This document shows, piece by piece, positions 47,130 to 57,710 of a stretch of DNA of 64,000 nucleotides. The position numbers and the translations under genes are program-made. The stretch is from an uncultured Noviherbaspirillum sp. (GTDB lineage: Bacteria > Pseudomonadota > Gammaproteobacteria > Burkholderiales > Burkholderiaceae_D), in the NCBI GenBank assembly GCA_966212545.1, contig CBIHRW010000015.1, positions 514 through 64,513 of the forward strand, read 5' to 3'. The number at the start of each line of letters is the position of its first letter. The stretch's first letter is position 1. The notes under the pieces were generated by a model. That model was not told the DNA's origin, did no database searches, and saw nothing but the letters and a program-made list of their open reading frames with translations.

Positions 47130-47496
47130 TCGCGTCTTCTTTCCTTTCGTAATCGTTTTGATGAAATCGCGGTGTGCGAAGATCGCACGCCGCTTCCCCC
47201 CTCGATCCAGCCGTACGATTCGTATCGCTCCAGGCTCGTTGCCAGCCCGCAAGTCAATGACTATAAGGTCTTCGTAAGCCTGCTGGTGATAATCTCCCAC
47301 TCAGACCTCCTCTCCGTCCGCACAGCCGGACGGACTCTGTTCTACGGTGAACAAGTGCGTTTGCAGTTGCGGAGCAGACGCTTCACCTAGAGCGGTTTGC
47401 GGGTCAGTTGAGGGGGCGCGCTTCGAGGACTTCATTCGCATCAACGCCCTGCGCGGCGAATGCGGTCCCAGCGATGTGGATGCCCAACTGACTGGA

Positions 47497-48423
47497 TCAG
47501 CCGCCGGCGCTGAGCGCCGTTTCGATATCGGATCGTTTCAGGCCGGGTGCGAAGCGCAGGATGAATTCGTAGGTATACGCACGCAGGTAGGCGCCGCGCC
47601 GCACCGCAAGCCTTGTCACGTTCGGCGCGAACAGGTGCGACGCCTCGATTGCCCGCAACCCGCCGGCAAGATTGTTCTCCACCGCCATTGACGCCACGAT
47701 GCCCACGCCTAATCCGAGCGATACGTACTGCTGGATCACGTCCGAATCCATCGCGGTCAGCACGATATCGGTGGCAATGCCTGCCTGCGCGAAGGCGTCG
47801 TCGATATGGCCGCGGCCGGTGAAACCGACGTCGTAGGTGATCAGTGAATGCGCTGCGAGATCCGCGAGCGACACCGAGGTCAACGCCGCCAGCGGATGCC
47901 CTTCCGGCACGACGATCATGTGGCTCCAGCTGTAGCACGGGAAGGACACCAGGTCCTCGAACTGGCTCAGACCTTCGGTGGCGATGCCGACATCGGCCTT
48001 GCCGGAGATGACCCACTCCGCGATGTGTTCCGGCGAGCTCTGCTGCAGGGCGATGCGCACATCGGGAAAGGAGGCGCGAAATGTCTGCACCACTTTCGGC
48101 AGCACATAACGCGCCTGCGTATGCGTCGTGGCTACTGCCAGCGTGCCGCTACGCTCGCCGGCATATTCGCGGCTGGCCTGGCGCAGGTTCTCTGCTTCGA
48201 GCAACAGGCGTTCGATGATATGCAGGATGCCCTTGCCTGGGTCGGTGAGGCCGGTGAGGCGCTTGCCGTTGCGCTCGAAAATCTCGACGCCAAGTTCTTC
48301 TTCGAGTTCACGGATCTGCCGGCTCACGCCCGGCTGCGAGGTGAACAACACATTGGCCACCTCGGTCAGGTTGTAGCCGCGCCTGGCTGCTTCGCGGACC
48401 GATCGCAATTGTTGAAAGTTCAT
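47497..48423 (-). CDS. cysB: LysR-family transcriptional regulator, CysB type
   Basis: The MNFQQLRSVREAARRGYNLTEVANVLFTSQPGVSRQIRELEEELGVEIF N-terminus is characteristic of CysB/Cbl. It sits 13 nt downstream of cysA. Confidence 0.75.
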   Translation of the reverse strand: MNFQQLRSVREAARRGYNLTEVANVLFTSQPGVSRQIRELEEELGVEIFERNGKRLTGLTDPGKGILHIIERLLLEAENLRQASREYAGERSGTLAVATTHTQARYVLPKVVQTFRASFPDVRIALQQSSPEHIAEWVISGKADVGIATEGLSQFEDLVSFPCYSWSHMIVVPEGHPLAALTSVSLADLAAHSLITYDVGFTGRGHIDDAFAQAGIATDIVLTAMDSDVIQQYVSLGLGVGIVASMAVENNLAGGLRAIEASHLFAPNVTRLAVRRGAYLRAYTYEFILRFAPGLKRSDIETALSAGG

Positions 48424-48435
48424 GGCGGTCTCCGC

Positions 48436-49503
48436 TCAAACCGCTTCGTCGACGAACACGCGCAGGCGCTTCGGTCGAACGATGAGTGTTTCGCCTTCCT
48501 GCAGCGCGAGTTGCGCGTAGCGCTCGGTGGAAATCACTGCCTCGATCATCTGCGCGTTGTCCGCGCGCTCGAGTTCCAGTTGCGCGAGCGGGCCGATGGC
48601 GTGGGCGCGGCGCAGGCGGGCGATGATGCCTTCCGCATCGGCGGTGTAACGCTCGACCTCGATGTCGTGCGGGCGGACGAAGCCGATGCCTTGCGCATCC
48701 TTCGCCTCCGCATGGTCGGGCGCTTCCAATGCGAAGCCGCCCGCATCCAGCACGCCTTCATGCACACGGCCGTGGAATAGATTGACGTTGCCGAGGAAGC
48801 CATAGACGAAAGGCGATGCAGGCTGGTTGTAGACCTGGTCGGGTGATCCGATCTGCTCGACCTTGCCCTTGTTCATCAGCACGACCTGGTCCGCCACTTC
48901 CAGCGCTTCTTCCTGGTCGTGGGTGACGAAAATACTAGTGACATGCAATTCGTCATGCAGGCGGCGCAACCAGCGGCGCAGCTCCTTGCGCACCTTGGCA
49001 TCGAGCGCGCCGAAGGGTTCGTCCAGCAGCAGTACGCGCGGTTCGACCGCCAGCGCGCGCGCCAAGGCGATGCGCTGACGCTGGCCGCCGGAAAGCTGCG
49101 GCGGATAGCGGTCGGCCAGCCAGTCGAGCTGCACCAGCTCCAACAGCGACATCACCTTCTTGCGGATCTCGGATTCGGACGGACGCTGGTTGCGCGGCTT
49201 CACACGCAGGCCGAAGGCGATGTTCTCAAACACGCTCATGTGCTTGAACAGCGCATAGTGCTGGAACACGAAACCGACCTGGCGTTCGCGCACATGACTG
49301 CCCGACGCATCCTCGCCGTCGAGGAAGACCTGGCCGGCATCCGGCTGCTCGAGGCCGGCGATGATGCGCAGCAGCGTAGTCTTGCCGCAGCCGGAGGGTC
49401 CGAGCAAGGCGGTGAGTTCGCCCGGCGGGAAATTGAGCGAGACGTTGTCGAGCGCGACGAAATTGCCGAAGCGCTTGTTGATGTTCCTGACCTCGATGCC
49501 CAT
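48436..49503 (-). CDS. cysA: Sulfate/thiosulfate ABC transporter ATP-binding protein
   Basis: Walker [10 protein letters not shown], signature LSGGQRQR, Walker B LLLDEP. The C-terminal TOBE-like regulatory domain is typical of CysA. Confidence 0.88.
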   Translation of the reverse strand: MGIEVRNINKRFGNFVALDNVSLNFPPGELTALLGPSGCGKTTLLRIIAGLEQPDAGQVFLDGEDASGSHVRERQVGFVFQHYALFKHMSVFENIAFGLRVKPRNQRPSESEIRKKVMSLLELVQLDWLADRYPPQLSGGQRQRIALARALAVEPRVLLLDEPFGALDAKVRKELRRWLRRLHDELHVTSIFVTHDQEEALEVADQVVLMNKGKVEQIGSPDQVYNQPASPFVYGFLGNVNLFHGRVHEGVLDAGGFALEAPDHAEAKDAQGIGFVRPHDIEVERYTADAEGIIARLRRAHAIGPLAQLELERADNAQMIEAVISTERYAQLALQEGETLIVRPKRLRVFVDEAV

Positions 49504-49505
49504 GA

Positions 49506-50411
49506 TTACTGTCCTTCGTGTAGCGGTTGTAGGTTGCTGTCCTGCGCGCGCCATTCGACGAAGGTCTTGAGCGCCAGCGTGACGAGTGCGAGCAAGGCGA
49601 GCAGTGATGCCACTGCGAACGCCGCCGCGAAGTTGTATTCGTTGTAGAGGATTTCAACCTGCAGCGGCATGGTGTTGGTCTCGCCGCGGATGTGGCCGGA
49701 CACGACCGACACCGCGCCGAACTCGCCCATGGCACGGGCGTTACACAGGATCACGCCATACAGCAGGCCCCACTTGATATTGGGCAGCGTCACATGCCAG
49801 AAGGTGCGCCAGCCGGAGGCACCGAGCACCAGTGCGGCCTCTTCCTCTTCCGTGCCCTGCGATTGCATCAGCGGGATCAGCTCGCGTGCGACGAAGGGGA
49901 AGGTCACAAAGACGGTCGCCAGCACGATACCCGGTACGGCGAAAAGGATCTTGATGTCATGCTCGCGCAGCCATTCGCCGAACCAGCCCTGCGCGCCGAA
50001 CAGCAGCACATAGATCAGACCGGAGATCACCGGCGACACCGAGAACGGCAAGTCGATCAGGGTAAGCAGCACGTTCTTGCCGCGGAAGTCGAATTTGGCG
50101 ATGGTCCAGGCAGCCGCAACGCCAAACACCAGGTTCAGCGGGACGGCAATGGCCGCCGTGATCAGCGTCAGTTTGATGGCGGAGATCGCATCCGGCTCGA
50201 CGATGGCCGCGAGATAGGCGTCCCAACCCTTCTTCAATGCCTCCGAAAACACTGCGACCAGCGGAATGAACAGGAACAGCGTCAGGAAAGTGAGTGCGAT
50301 GCCGATCAGCAGCGCGCGTACCCAGACGGGCTCGACAGTGGCCGCGCGGGCGTACGCGGGTTCTGCACGCGGCGGGGCGGAAATCGGTAGTGTTGCAGCA
50401 GCTCCGGCCAT
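49506..50411 (-). CDS. cysW: Sulfate ABC transporter permease CysW
   Basis: Start [11 protein letters not shown] at 50411. The remaining upstream part of the 500-aa ORF is a read-through artefact. EAA-type permease loop ([15 protein letters not shown]). Confidence 0.88.
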   Translation of the reverse strand: MAGAAATLPISAPPRAEPAYARAATVEPVWVRALLIGIALTFLTLFLFIPLVAVFSEALKKGWDAYLAAIVEPDAISAIKLTLITAAIAVPLNLVFGVAAAWTIAKFDFRGKNVLLTLIDLPFSVSPVISGLIYVLLFGAQGWFGEWLREHDIKILFAVPGIVLATVFVTFPFVARELIPLMQSQGTEEEEAALVLGASGWRTFWHVTLPNIKWGLLYGVILCNARAMGEFGAVSVVSGHIRGETNTMPLQVEILYNEYNFAAAFAVASLLALLALVTLALKTFVEWRAQDSNLQPLHEGQ

Positions 50412-50413
50412 GA

Positions 50414-51283
50414 TCAGACTTTCTCTGCCCGGCCGCGCCTGCGGGTCCAGGCTTGCAACAGGTTGATGGTCAGCAGCAATACAAACGACACCAGCAGCAT
50501 CACCACGGCAATCGCGGTGGCGCCGGTGTAGTCGTACTGCTCCAGCTTGGTAATGATGAACAGCGGCGTAATCTCCGACACCATCGGCATGTTGCCGGCG
50601 ATGAAGATCACGGAGCCGTACTCGCCGGTGGCGCGGGCAAAGGCCAACGCGAAGCCGGTCAGCAGCGCCGGCAGGATGGTCGGGAAGATGACCTTGATGA
50701 AGGTTTGCAGGCGGTTGGCGCCGAGGCTGGCGGCGGCTTCTTCGAGTTCTCGCTCGGCTTCCTCGAGAACCGGTTGCACGGTGCGGACCACGAAGGGCAA
50801 GCCGATGAAGGTCAGCGCAACGATCACGCCGAGCGGGGTAAACGCGACCTTGATCCCGAGCGGTTCGAGATAGCGGCCGATCCAGCCGTTGGACGAGTAC
50901 AGCGCGGTCAGGGCAATGCCGGCAACCGCGGTCGGCAGCGCAAACGGCAGGTCGACCAGGGCATCGATGATCTTCTTGCCTGGGAAACGATAGCGCACCA
51001 GCACCCAAGCCACGATACCGCCGAACACGACATTGAAGGTCGCGCCGATGAGCGAGGCGCCAAAGGTCAGCTTATATGACGCCACCACCCGCTCGTTTGT
51101 CACGGCCGTCCAGAAGGCATCCCAGGTCATGGTGAATGTCTTCAGGAAAACCGCCGACAGCGGGATCAGGACGATCAGCGCCAGGTAGAACAGGGTAAAG
51201 CCCAGCGACAGCTGGAATCCCGGTATGACCCGGGACGCGCTGTTGCGTCCTCCTGTTTGTGCGATTGCGTGTGCGCCCGCCAT
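50414..51283 (-). CDS. cysT: Sulfate ABC transporter permease CysT (CysU)
   Basis: The stop lies 2 nt before the cysW start. Permease loop [12 protein letters not shown]...[17 protein letters not shown]. Confidence 0.85.
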   Translation of the reverse strand: MAGAHAIAQTGGRNSASRVIPGFQLSLGFTLFYLALIVLIPLSAVFLKTFTMTWDAFWTAVTNERVVASYKLTFGASLIGATFNVVFGGIVAWVLVRYRFPGKKIIDALVDLPFALPTAVAGIALTALYSSNGWIGRYLEPLGIKVAFTPLGVIVALTFIGLPFVVRTVQPVLEEAERELEEAAASLGANRLQTFIKVIFPTILPALLTGFALAFARATGEYGSVIFIAGNMPMVSEITPLFIITKLEQYDYTGATAIAVVMLLVSFVLLLTINLLQAWTRRRGRAEKV

Positions 51284-51485
51284 GGAAACCCCCTCTTTAT
51301 TACAAATTCAGCTATTGAGGGGCAATAATTGCATTCAAACGTTATAAAAAGAACGATTATTTTTGCATGTGCATAGTACGAATTCAGATATTGCTTCCCT
51401 TACATGGAAGGCAGCTGGATGGCTGAACACAATCCATGAACGACTCTTTTCCCTATAAAACAAAGCATTACGCAGCCCATACCAC

Positions 51486-51504
51486 TTATTGCCGCGTGTA
51501 ATAA
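51486..51504. promoter_or_regulatory. Candidate LysR-type (T-N11-A-like) box upstream of cysT
   Basis: TTATT-gccgcgtgt-AATAA dyad in the AT-rich 267-bp region upstream of cysT, ~200 bp from the start codon. Confidence 0.2.
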
Positions 51505-51532
51505 CTTTGTTCTACCGCGGACTTAAGGAATA

Positions 51533-51565
51533 ACTTCGTTATAACCGTATCTACTTTGTTATAAC
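51533..51565. promoter_or_regulatory. Two copies of ACTT(C/T)GTTATAAC, each holding the palindrome GTTATAAC, 20 bp apart
   Basis: GTTATAAC at 51538..51545 and 51558..51565. A third partial copy AACTTTGTT is at 51503..51511. The second copy overlaps the stop codon of the EAL-like gene. Confidence 0.25.
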
Positions 51566-52441
51566 TTGTATGCACTCAAGTCGACGGCGTCCGGCGTGCA
51601 CGACTTCCTTCCGCGCCGTCGCCGCAATCGATGCGTTCGGCAAATCCCACAGGAAGCCCTGCGCATGGATGGGCAGGCCGCTCACAGAGGCGATGCGGTT
51701 CAGCGCATCCAGCGTGTCGGCATGCTCGACGCGTTTGAATATCACGCGCACATTGCTTGCCGCGCACTTTTCCAGCAGCCGCAGCGCGGGACCGTCATGG
51801 ACGGTCTGCCGGGTATCGACCTTGACGACTTCGGGCCGCACCCGGTCGACCAGCGCGAGCGCTTCCAGCGAATCGACGGCATTGACCGCGATGCGGAAAC
51901 CGTTGCGGCGGTAGTTATCCGCCACATAGTTCGCCAGCCAGCCCTGATGGTCGACGATCACCGGCAACTGCAGCACGACACGTTCCTTCGGCAGGTCGAG
52001 CACCTTGAGGATGCGGCTGAAGGCCGTCCCATGATTGCCGTCCACTGCCGCCAGCAGGCGCGCATGCACGCTGAGATAGAGGTCGCTGCCTGCCGCCTCC
52101 GGCTGCCTGAAGAAGTTGATCGAATGCAGCATGCGGCATAGCCGGTCGAGTTCGACCGACTCGTCGTCATTGGCCGCATGGTCGAGCAGCCTCCACAGGC
52201 ACAAGCCCTGGTCGGTTTCCGAATAACTGCGCGCGAAGCCTTCGTAGCCGATGATGCGGTCCGTGCCCAGCAAACGGATGGGCTGGAACGCGCTCGTCAG
52301 TGTGGAGTTGAAGTAGCGTCCGGTCGCACGTCCTTCGGCATCGGCCCACACGCGCATACCGGCTTGGGACGTGCTGTAGAGATGCGCGAGATACTGTTCC
52401 AGTCCGGCGTAGGGAACGCTTGCTGAGTTTGCAGCGGGCAT
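51551..52441 (-). CDS. EAL-domain protein with degenerate catalytic motifs
   Basis: FQPI...YEGFAR (EAL -> EGF), DRLCR, VKVD, FKRVE and HAQGF align to EAL landmarks. The metal-binding N (LSVH), ExxE (VLQLPV) and DDFG (AVNAVD) positions are substituted. Confidence 0.7.
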   Translation of the reverse strand: MPAANSASVPYAGLEQYLAHLYSTSQAGMRVWADAEGRATGRYFNSTLTSAFQPIRLLGTDRIIGYEGFARSYSETDQGLCLWRLLDHAANDDESVELDRLCRMLHSINFFRQPEAAGSDLYLSVHARLLAAVDGNHGTAFSRILKVLDLPKERVVLQLPVIVDHQGWLANYVADNYRRNGFRIAVNAVDSLEALALVDRVRPEVVKVDTRQTVHDGPALRLLEKCAASNVRVIFKRVEHADTLDALNRIASVSGLPIHAQGFLWDLPNASIAATARKEVVHAGRRRLECIQVITK

Positions 52442-52466
52442 GGCAGCGCCTCCATTCCTGTAGAAC

Positions 52467-52682
52467 TCAGATCTTGGCGATCGAGACTTCCGTCGCCTTC
52501 ACCAACGCGACCACTTCGACGCCCGGCTCGAGACCGAGGTCGCGTACCGAACGCGTGGTGATGACGGACGTGACGATGCCTGCCGGGGTTTCGACATCGA
52601 CCTCGGACACGACCGGGCCGTCGATGATGGCCTTGACCTTGCCGCGGAACTGGTTGCGTACGTTGATTGCCTGGATGCTCAT
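52467..52682 (-). CDS. ssuF: TOBE/Mop-like small protein, SsuF-like
   Basis: 71 aa, MSIQAINVRNQFRGKVKAI...VVALVKATEVSIAK, a single TOBE (molbindin) domain. It sits directly downstream of ssuB, as in the Pseudomonas putida ssuEADCBF operon. Confidence 0.7.
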   Translation of the reverse strand: MSIQAINVRNQFRGKVKAIIDGPVVSEVDVETPAGIVTSVITTRSVRDLGLEPGVEVVALVKATEVSIAKI

Positions 52683-52716
52683 GGTTTCTCCTTTAGGTGA
52701 GCGGATTAAAAAAATA

Positions 52717-53550
52717 CTAGATCGCCCATGCGACCTGGTTCACGGTTTTCAGTAGGGACACATCGCCCAGCGATGTATCCGGTCTGGAAGCGGGATGCTT
52801 GAGCACGCGCGACAGCACGTATTCCTCGAGCTGGGCAAAGGCGGCGTTGCCGCGTGCGCGCGGACGCGGCAGGTCAATGCGCTGGTCGAGTGCAATCTGC
52901 CCGTCCTCGATCAGCACCACGCGGTCCGCAAGTGCAATCGCTTCCTGAACGTCATGTGTAACCAGCACGGCGGTGAAGCCGCGCTCCTGCCATAGCGTTT
53001 CAATCAGTTGCTGCATCTCGATGCGGGTCAGCGCGTCGAGGGCGCCGAGCGGTTCGTCGAGCAGCAGCAGTTCCGGTTCGTGCACGAGGGCTCGAGCCAG
53101 TGCGACACGCTGACGCTGGCCGCCGGACAGCACCGCCGGCCACTCCTTCGCGCGGTCCTTGAGGCCGACGTTCTGCAATGTCGCCAATGCCTTGTCCTTC
53201 GCGCCGTTCAGGCCCAGTGCCACGTTGTCCAGCACGCGCTGCCACGGCAGCAGACGGGAATCCTGGAACATCACCCGGATCTCCGGCGTGCGCGGCGCTT
53301 CGTACTGCGAACCGAAAGCGATGCGGCCGCTGTCCGGCGATTCGAGCCCGGCAACGAGACGCAGCAGCGTGCTCTTGCCGCAACCGCTGCGCCCTACCAC
53401 CGCGACGAATTCGCCTTGTTCGATATGCAGGTCGACAGCCCGCAGCACATGTCGTCCGGAATAGGATTTCCACAACCCCTGCACCCCGACCTGCACGCCG
53501 CGCGCGGAGGCGGTCTTTACTTGCTGATGTTCTGTCTTGTCATTTTTCAT
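52717..53550 (-). CDS. ssuB: Aliphatic sulfonate ABC transporter ATP-binding protein
   Basis: Walker [24 protein letters not shown]. Operon context supports the call. Confidence 0.85.
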   Translation of the reverse strand: MKNDKTEHQQVKTASARGVQVGVQGLWKSYSGRHVLRAVDLHIEQGEFVAVVGRSGCGKSTLLRLVAGLESPDSGRIAFGSQYEAPRTPEIRVMFQDSRLLPWQRVLDNVALGLNGAKDKALATLQNVGLKDRAKEWPAVLSGGQRQRVALARALVHEPELLLLDEPLGALDALTRIEMQQLIETLWQERGFTAVLVTHDVQEAIALADRVVLIEDGQIALDQRIDLPRPRARGNAAFAQLEEYVLSRVLKHPASRPDTSLGDVSLLKTVNQVAWAI

Positions 53551-53566
53551 GTCGGCACCTTCAAGA

Positions 53567-54394
53567 TCATTGATAACCCGGATGCCAGCGCAAGGCCGTG
53601 CGCTCCACGGTGCGGGCAAGTACGTCGGCCAGCTTGCCGAGCAGTGCGTACAGCAGGATGCCCACCAGCACCACGTCCGTCTGCAGGAATTCACGCGCGT
53701 TCATGGTCATGTAGCCGATGCCTGATTGCGCCGAGATGGTTTCCGATACGATCAGCAGCACCCAGACCAGCCCCAGCGAGAAGCGCACGCCGACCAGGAT
53801 CGACGGCAGCGCGCCGGGCAGGATCACGTCGCGGTACAGCCCCCAGCCCGACAGACCGTAGCTCCTGGCCATCTCGATCAACCCCTTGTCGACCGAGCGG
53901 ATGCCGTGGAAGGTGTTGAGATATACCGGGAAGAACACCCCCACCGACACCAGGAACAGCTTGGCCGCCTCGTCGATGCCGAACCACAGGATCACCAGTG
54001 GAATCAGCGCCAGCGCCGGGATGTTGCGGATCATCTGGATGGTCGTGTCGAGCAGGGTTTCCGCCTGCCGGAAGGTGCCGGTCAGCAGCCCAAGCACGAG
54101 GCCGAGGCCGCCGCCCACCGCGAACGCGGACAGGGCGCGCCATGCACTAACCCTGACGTGCTCCCACAGCTCGCCCGACTCGGCCAGCGTCCATGCGGCC
54201 CGCAGCACGGCGAGCGGCTCCGGCAGGATGCGGCTGGACAGCCAGCCGAGCTGCGCGGCGAGTTGCCACACGATGACGAGCGTGGCGGGCACGATCCATG
54301 GTGCGATCTTCGACAGCGCCGCCTGATTCCAGCCGGGGGATTTGGCAGCCGCCTGAGTGGCCGCCATCTCGAGATCTGCAGATGTCACTGACAT
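53567..54394 (-). CDS. ssuC: Aliphatic sulfonate ABC transporter permease
   Basis: Six-TM BPD-type permease with an EAA loop ([24 protein letters not shown]). Confidence 0.85.
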   Translation of the reverse strand: MSVTSADLEMAATQAAAKSPGWNQAALSKIAPWIVPATLVIVWQLAAQLGWLSSRILPEPLAVLRAAWTLAESGELWEHVRVSAWRALSAFAVGGGLGLVLGLLTGTFRQAETLLDTTIQMIRNIPALALIPLVILWFGIDEAAKLFLVSVGVFFPVYLNTFHGIRSVDKGLIEMARSYGLSGWGLYRDVILPGALPSILVGVRFSLGLVWVLLIVSETISAQSGIGYMTMNAREFLQTDVVLVGILLYALLGKLADVLARTVERTALRWHPGYQ

Positions 54395-54404
54395 GCGTTC
54401 CTCC

Positions 54405-55559
54405 TCAGCTCTGCGCCACTTTGGGCAAAAAACCGTTCGCCACCACTTCGCCGAACGGTCCGGTCAGCGAAGCGCCTTGCTCGCCCGGACGCGCCTTGCC
54501 CAGCAGCGGGAAGACGAGTTCGGAGAAGCGATACGCTTCTTCCAGATGCGGATAGCCCGAGAAAATGAAGGTCTCGATGCCGAGGTCCGCATACTCCTTA
54601 ATGCGCGCCGTGACCGTTTCCGGATCGCCGACCAGCGCGGTCCCCGCACCGCCGCGCACCAGCCCGACGCCCGCCCACAGGTTGGGCGACACTTCCAGCT
54701 TGTCGCGCTTGCCGCCGTGCAGCGCGGCCATGCGGCGCTGTCCGACCGAATCCATCTTCGCGAACGCAGCCTGCGCCCTGGCGATCACGCCATCATCGAG
54801 GTGGCTGATCAGTTCGTCGGCAGCCTTCCATGCGGCCTCATTCGTCTCACGTACGATCACGTGCAGGCGAATACCGAACCGCACTGTACGGCCATGCTTC
54901 GCGGCGCGCGCACGGATGTCGGCGATCTTCTCCGCGACGGCAGCCGGCGGCTCACCCCAGGTCAGGTAGACGTCCACTTGTTCCGCCGCCAGCTCGTGCG
55001 CCGCCTCCGACGAGCCGCCAAAGTACAGCGGCGGATGCGGTTTCTGAACAGGTGGGAACAATGTCTTCGCGCCCTTGACCTTGATGTGCTTGCCCTCGTA
55101 GTCGAAGCCGGCATCCCCACCCTCGCCCGCCAGCGCCGCGCGCCACACGCGCAGGAATTCGGACGAGATGTCGTAGCGTGTCTCGTGATCGGCAAACAGG
55201 CCGTCCGCCTCCAGCTCGCCCTGGTCGCCGCCGGTGACGACGTTGACCAGCAGGCGACCGCCGGAAAGGCGATCGAAGGTCGCCGCAGTGCGTACCGCAA
55301 GTCCGGGCGTGCTCAGGCCGGGACGGATCGCAACCAGGAACTTGAGGTTCTTCGTCGCGCCGATCAGGCTGGAGGCAACTACCCACGGGTCTTCGCAGGA
55401 ACGTCCGGTGGGGATCAGCACACCGTCATAGCCATTGGTGTCGGCAGCGACGGCAATCTGGCGCAGGTAGTCGAAATTCACCGATCGCGCGCCGCGTGTG
55501 GTGCCCAGGTAGCGGCTGTCGCCGTGGGTGGGCAGGAACCAGAAGATGTTCAGACTCAT
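54405..55559 (-). CDS. ssuD: FMNH2-dependent alkanesulfonate monooxygenase
   Basis: The [19 protein letters not shown] start and luciferase-like TIM barrel are characteristic of SsuD. Confidence 0.9.
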   Translation of the reverse strand: MSLNIFWFLPTHGDSRYLGTTRGARSVNFDYLRQIAVAADTNGYDGVLIPTGRSCEDPWVVASSLIGATKNLKFLVAIRPGLSTPGLAVRTAATFDRLSGGRLLVNVVTGGDQGELEADGLFADHETRYDISSEFLRVWRAALAGEGGDAGFDYEGKHIKVKGAKTLFPPVQKPHPPLYFGGSSEAAHELAAEQVDVYLTWGEPPAAVAEKIADIRARAAKHGRTVRFGIRLHVIVRETNEAAWKAADELISHLDDGVIARAQAAFAKMDSVGQRRMAALHGGKRDKLEVSPNLWAGVGLVRGGAGTALVGDPETVTARIKEYADLGIETFIFSGYPHLEEAYRFSELVFPLLGKARPGEQGASLTGPFGEVVANGFLPKVAQS

Positions 55560-55584
55560 GAAAATTTTCCTTTCGTCGTCGCTG

Positions 55585-56580
55585 TCAATTCGATTTGGCT
55601 TGCTGCACGGGCGGCTGCCAGAACACATCCTTGACGCGGATCTGCTTCGGGATCAGGTTCTGGCGCAAGAAGGTATCGGCAATCACCTGCTGCTCGTCGC
55701 TCATCGGCGTCGTCAGGTAGGCGACCGGGGAACGCGGGCGGCGCTTGATATAGGTGTTGATCGTCGCCAGGTCCAGCCCGGTGCTTTCCGCGACGATGCG
55801 TACGGCGTCGGCATGGTTGTGCTTGACGAAGGTATCGCTCTTCGTCAGTTCCTCGAACAGCACGTGGATCACGTCGGGATGCTTGTCGGCGAAGCTGCGG
55901 CTGGCAAGGTAGAAGGTGTGGTTGCTCACCAGCCCGCGGCTGGTCACGAGCACGCGCGGGGAAACCGCCTTCTCGACCGCGGCCCAGTACGGGACCCAGA
56001 TCGTCCACGCATCCACACTGCCGCGCTCGAAGGCGGCACGCGCGTCGGCAGGCGCGAGGTAGACCGGCGTGATGTCGCTCCATTGCAGACCGCCCTGCTG
56101 GAGCGCTCGCACCGTGAGGTAATGCGCGCTCGATCCCTTCTGCAAGGCAATCTTCTTGCCCTTGAGTTCAGCCACGGACTTGATCGGTGAATCCTGCTTC
56201 ACCAGCAGCGCACTGTTGTCCGGCTTGGCAGGCTCTGCGCCGACATACACGAGGTTGCTCCCTGCTGCTTGCGCGAAGATCGGCGGCGGATCGCCCGTCA
56301 TCGCGAAATCGATGCTGCCCACGGACAGCGCCTCGAGCATCTGCGGCCCGGCGTTGAACTCGAACCAGCTCACCTTGACACCCGGCAGTCGCTGCTCCAG
56401 CCCCTTGCGCTGCTTGAGCAGGGTGAGGTTAACCGAACTCTTCTGGAAGCCGACGCGCAGCTCCTTGGGCAGTGTCGCCGCGCGCGCCTGATCCACGCTC
56501 CACAGGGACAGGCCGACCGCGGCGATCGCGCCGGCGACGAGATTCAGGAAGATGCGTCTTGTCTTGGCAGGAATGGTCAT
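55585..56580 (-). CDS. ssuA: Aliphatic sulfonate ABC transporter substrate-binding protein (Tat-type signal TRRIFL)
   Basis: [23 protein letters not shown], then an NMT1/SsuA-type periplasmic binding fold (LRVGFQKSS...). Confidence 0.8.
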   Translation of the reverse strand: MTIPAKTRRIFLNLVAGAIAAVGLSLWSVDQARAATLPKELRVGFQKSSVNLTLLKQRKGLEQRLPGVKVSWFEFNAGPQMLEALSVGSIDFAMTGDPPPIFAQAAGSNLVYVGAEPAKPDNSALLVKQDSPIKSVAELKGKKIALQKGSSAHYLTVRALQQGGLQWSDITPVYLAPADARAAFERGSVDAWTIWVPYWAAVEKAVSPRVLVTSRGLVSNHTFYLASRSFADKHPDVIHVLFEELTKSDTFVKHNHADAVRIVAESTGLDLATINTYIKRRPRSPVAYLTTPMSDEQQVIADTFLRQNLIPKQIRVKDVFWQPPVQQAKSN

Positions 56581-56590
56581 CGCATCACCC

Positions 56591-57562
56591 TCACAGCTTC
56601 GCCTGCAAGACGGCATCCTTGACGACGATCTTCTTCGGAATCAGTTTCAGGTTCGCGAATACGTCGGCGATCTTCTGCTGCTCGGCGAGCACGGCATCGC
56701 TGACCGGCTTGACGCCGTAGGTGTAGCGCGACGCCGCAAGCTCGACGATTGCCGGCTCGAGGCCGATCTGCGTCGAAAGAATGCTGGCCACTTCCTTGAT
56801 GTTGCTGCGGCCCCATTCATCCACCTTCACCAGCTCTTCGAGGATGATCTTGACGACCTCCGGATTCTTTTCCGCATAGGGGCGCGACGCGAGGAAGAAC
56901 TGATGGTTCGCGACCAGCCCCTTGCCATCGGCGAGGATGCGTGCACCCAACTGCTTCTCTGCGGCGGCGAGGAACGGATCCCAGATCACCCAGGCATCCA
57001 CACTGCCGCGCTCGAAAGCGGCACGGGCGTCAGACGGCGGCAGGAAAACGGTTTCCACGTCCTTGTAGTCGAGGCCGGCTTTCTCCAGCGCCTTGACCAG
57101 CAGGTAATGAACGTTCGAACCCTTGTTGAGCGCAACCTTCTTGCCCTTCAGGTCGGCGACGATTTTCAGCGTCGAGTTCTTCGGCACGACGATGCCCTCG
57201 CTCAGCGGTGCCGGCGGCTCGTTGGCGACATAGACCAGGTTGGCGCCTGCGGCTTGCGCGAAGATGGGCGGTGCTTCGCCGACGGTGCCGAAGTCGACGC
57301 TGCCGACGTTCAGTCCTTCCAGCAACACCGGGCCGGATGGGAATTCCGTCCATTTGACCTCGATGCCCTGCGACGCGAGGCGTTTTTCCAGCGTGCCGCG
57401 GGCCTTCAGGAGGGTAAGCGTGCCGTACTTCTGGTAGCCGATGCGCAGCGTGCCTTTCGACTGTGCGAACAGGGTCTGCGGCAACGCCGATGCGACGGCC
57501 ACGGCGGACAGGATGCCGAGGGTACGGCGGCGGATGCTGCGTTTGTCATTCGAATTCGTCAT
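56591..57562 (-). CDS. Second SsuA-like sulfonate substrate-binding protein (tandem paralogue)
   Basis: Collinear with the neighbouring SsuA (LRIGYQKYGTL.., [24 protein letters not shown]..). Twin-Arg containing signal SIRRRTLGILSAVAVASA. Confidence 0.75.
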   Translation of the reverse strand: MTNSNDKRSIRRRTLGILSAVAVASALPQTLFAQSKGTLRIGYQKYGTLTLLKARGTLEKRLASQGIEVKWTEFPSGPVLLEGLNVGSVDFGTVGEAPPIFAQAAGANLVYVANEPPAPLSEGIVVPKNSTLKIVADLKGKKVALNKGSNVHYLLVKALEKAGLDYKDVETVFLPPSDARAAFERGSVDAWVIWDPFLAAAEKQLGARILADGKGLVANHQFFLASRPYAEKNPEVVKIILEELVKVDEWGRSNIKEVASILSTQIGLEPAIVELAASRYTYGVKPVSDAVLAEQQKIADVFANLKLIPKKIVVKDAVLQAKL

Positions 57563-57710
57563 GTTGATATCCTTTTTCTGTTTGATGGCGACAGGGAATG
57601 CGAACCCCTCCGATGCAGACCTCGGATACGGAAGCCGCAACAACGCGGCTTGTCTCAAGCGGAAGGGAAAATCAGGGTGTTACGACACGGACCGGGAGCG
57701 TGCGCTCCCG

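Noticed and set aside
46590-47300. Minus-strand ORF starting at GTG 47300 with a very good RBS (GGAGAGGAGG), in the 367-bp spacer between the M48-like gene and cysB
   Set aside because: The frame stays open only because it runs antisense through the 3' half of the M48-like gene for more than 500 nt, and no family was recognised. Only the first ~55 codons lie in intergenic DNA. It could be a remnant or a small overlapping gene, but I cannot support it from sequence alone.
49506-51008. 500-aa ORF spanning cysW and reaching into cysT
   Set aside because: The first 199 codons are Arg/His-rich read-through overlapping cysT in another frame. A proper start (MAGAAATL, 50411) sits 2 nt after the cysT stop and gives a normal-length CysW.
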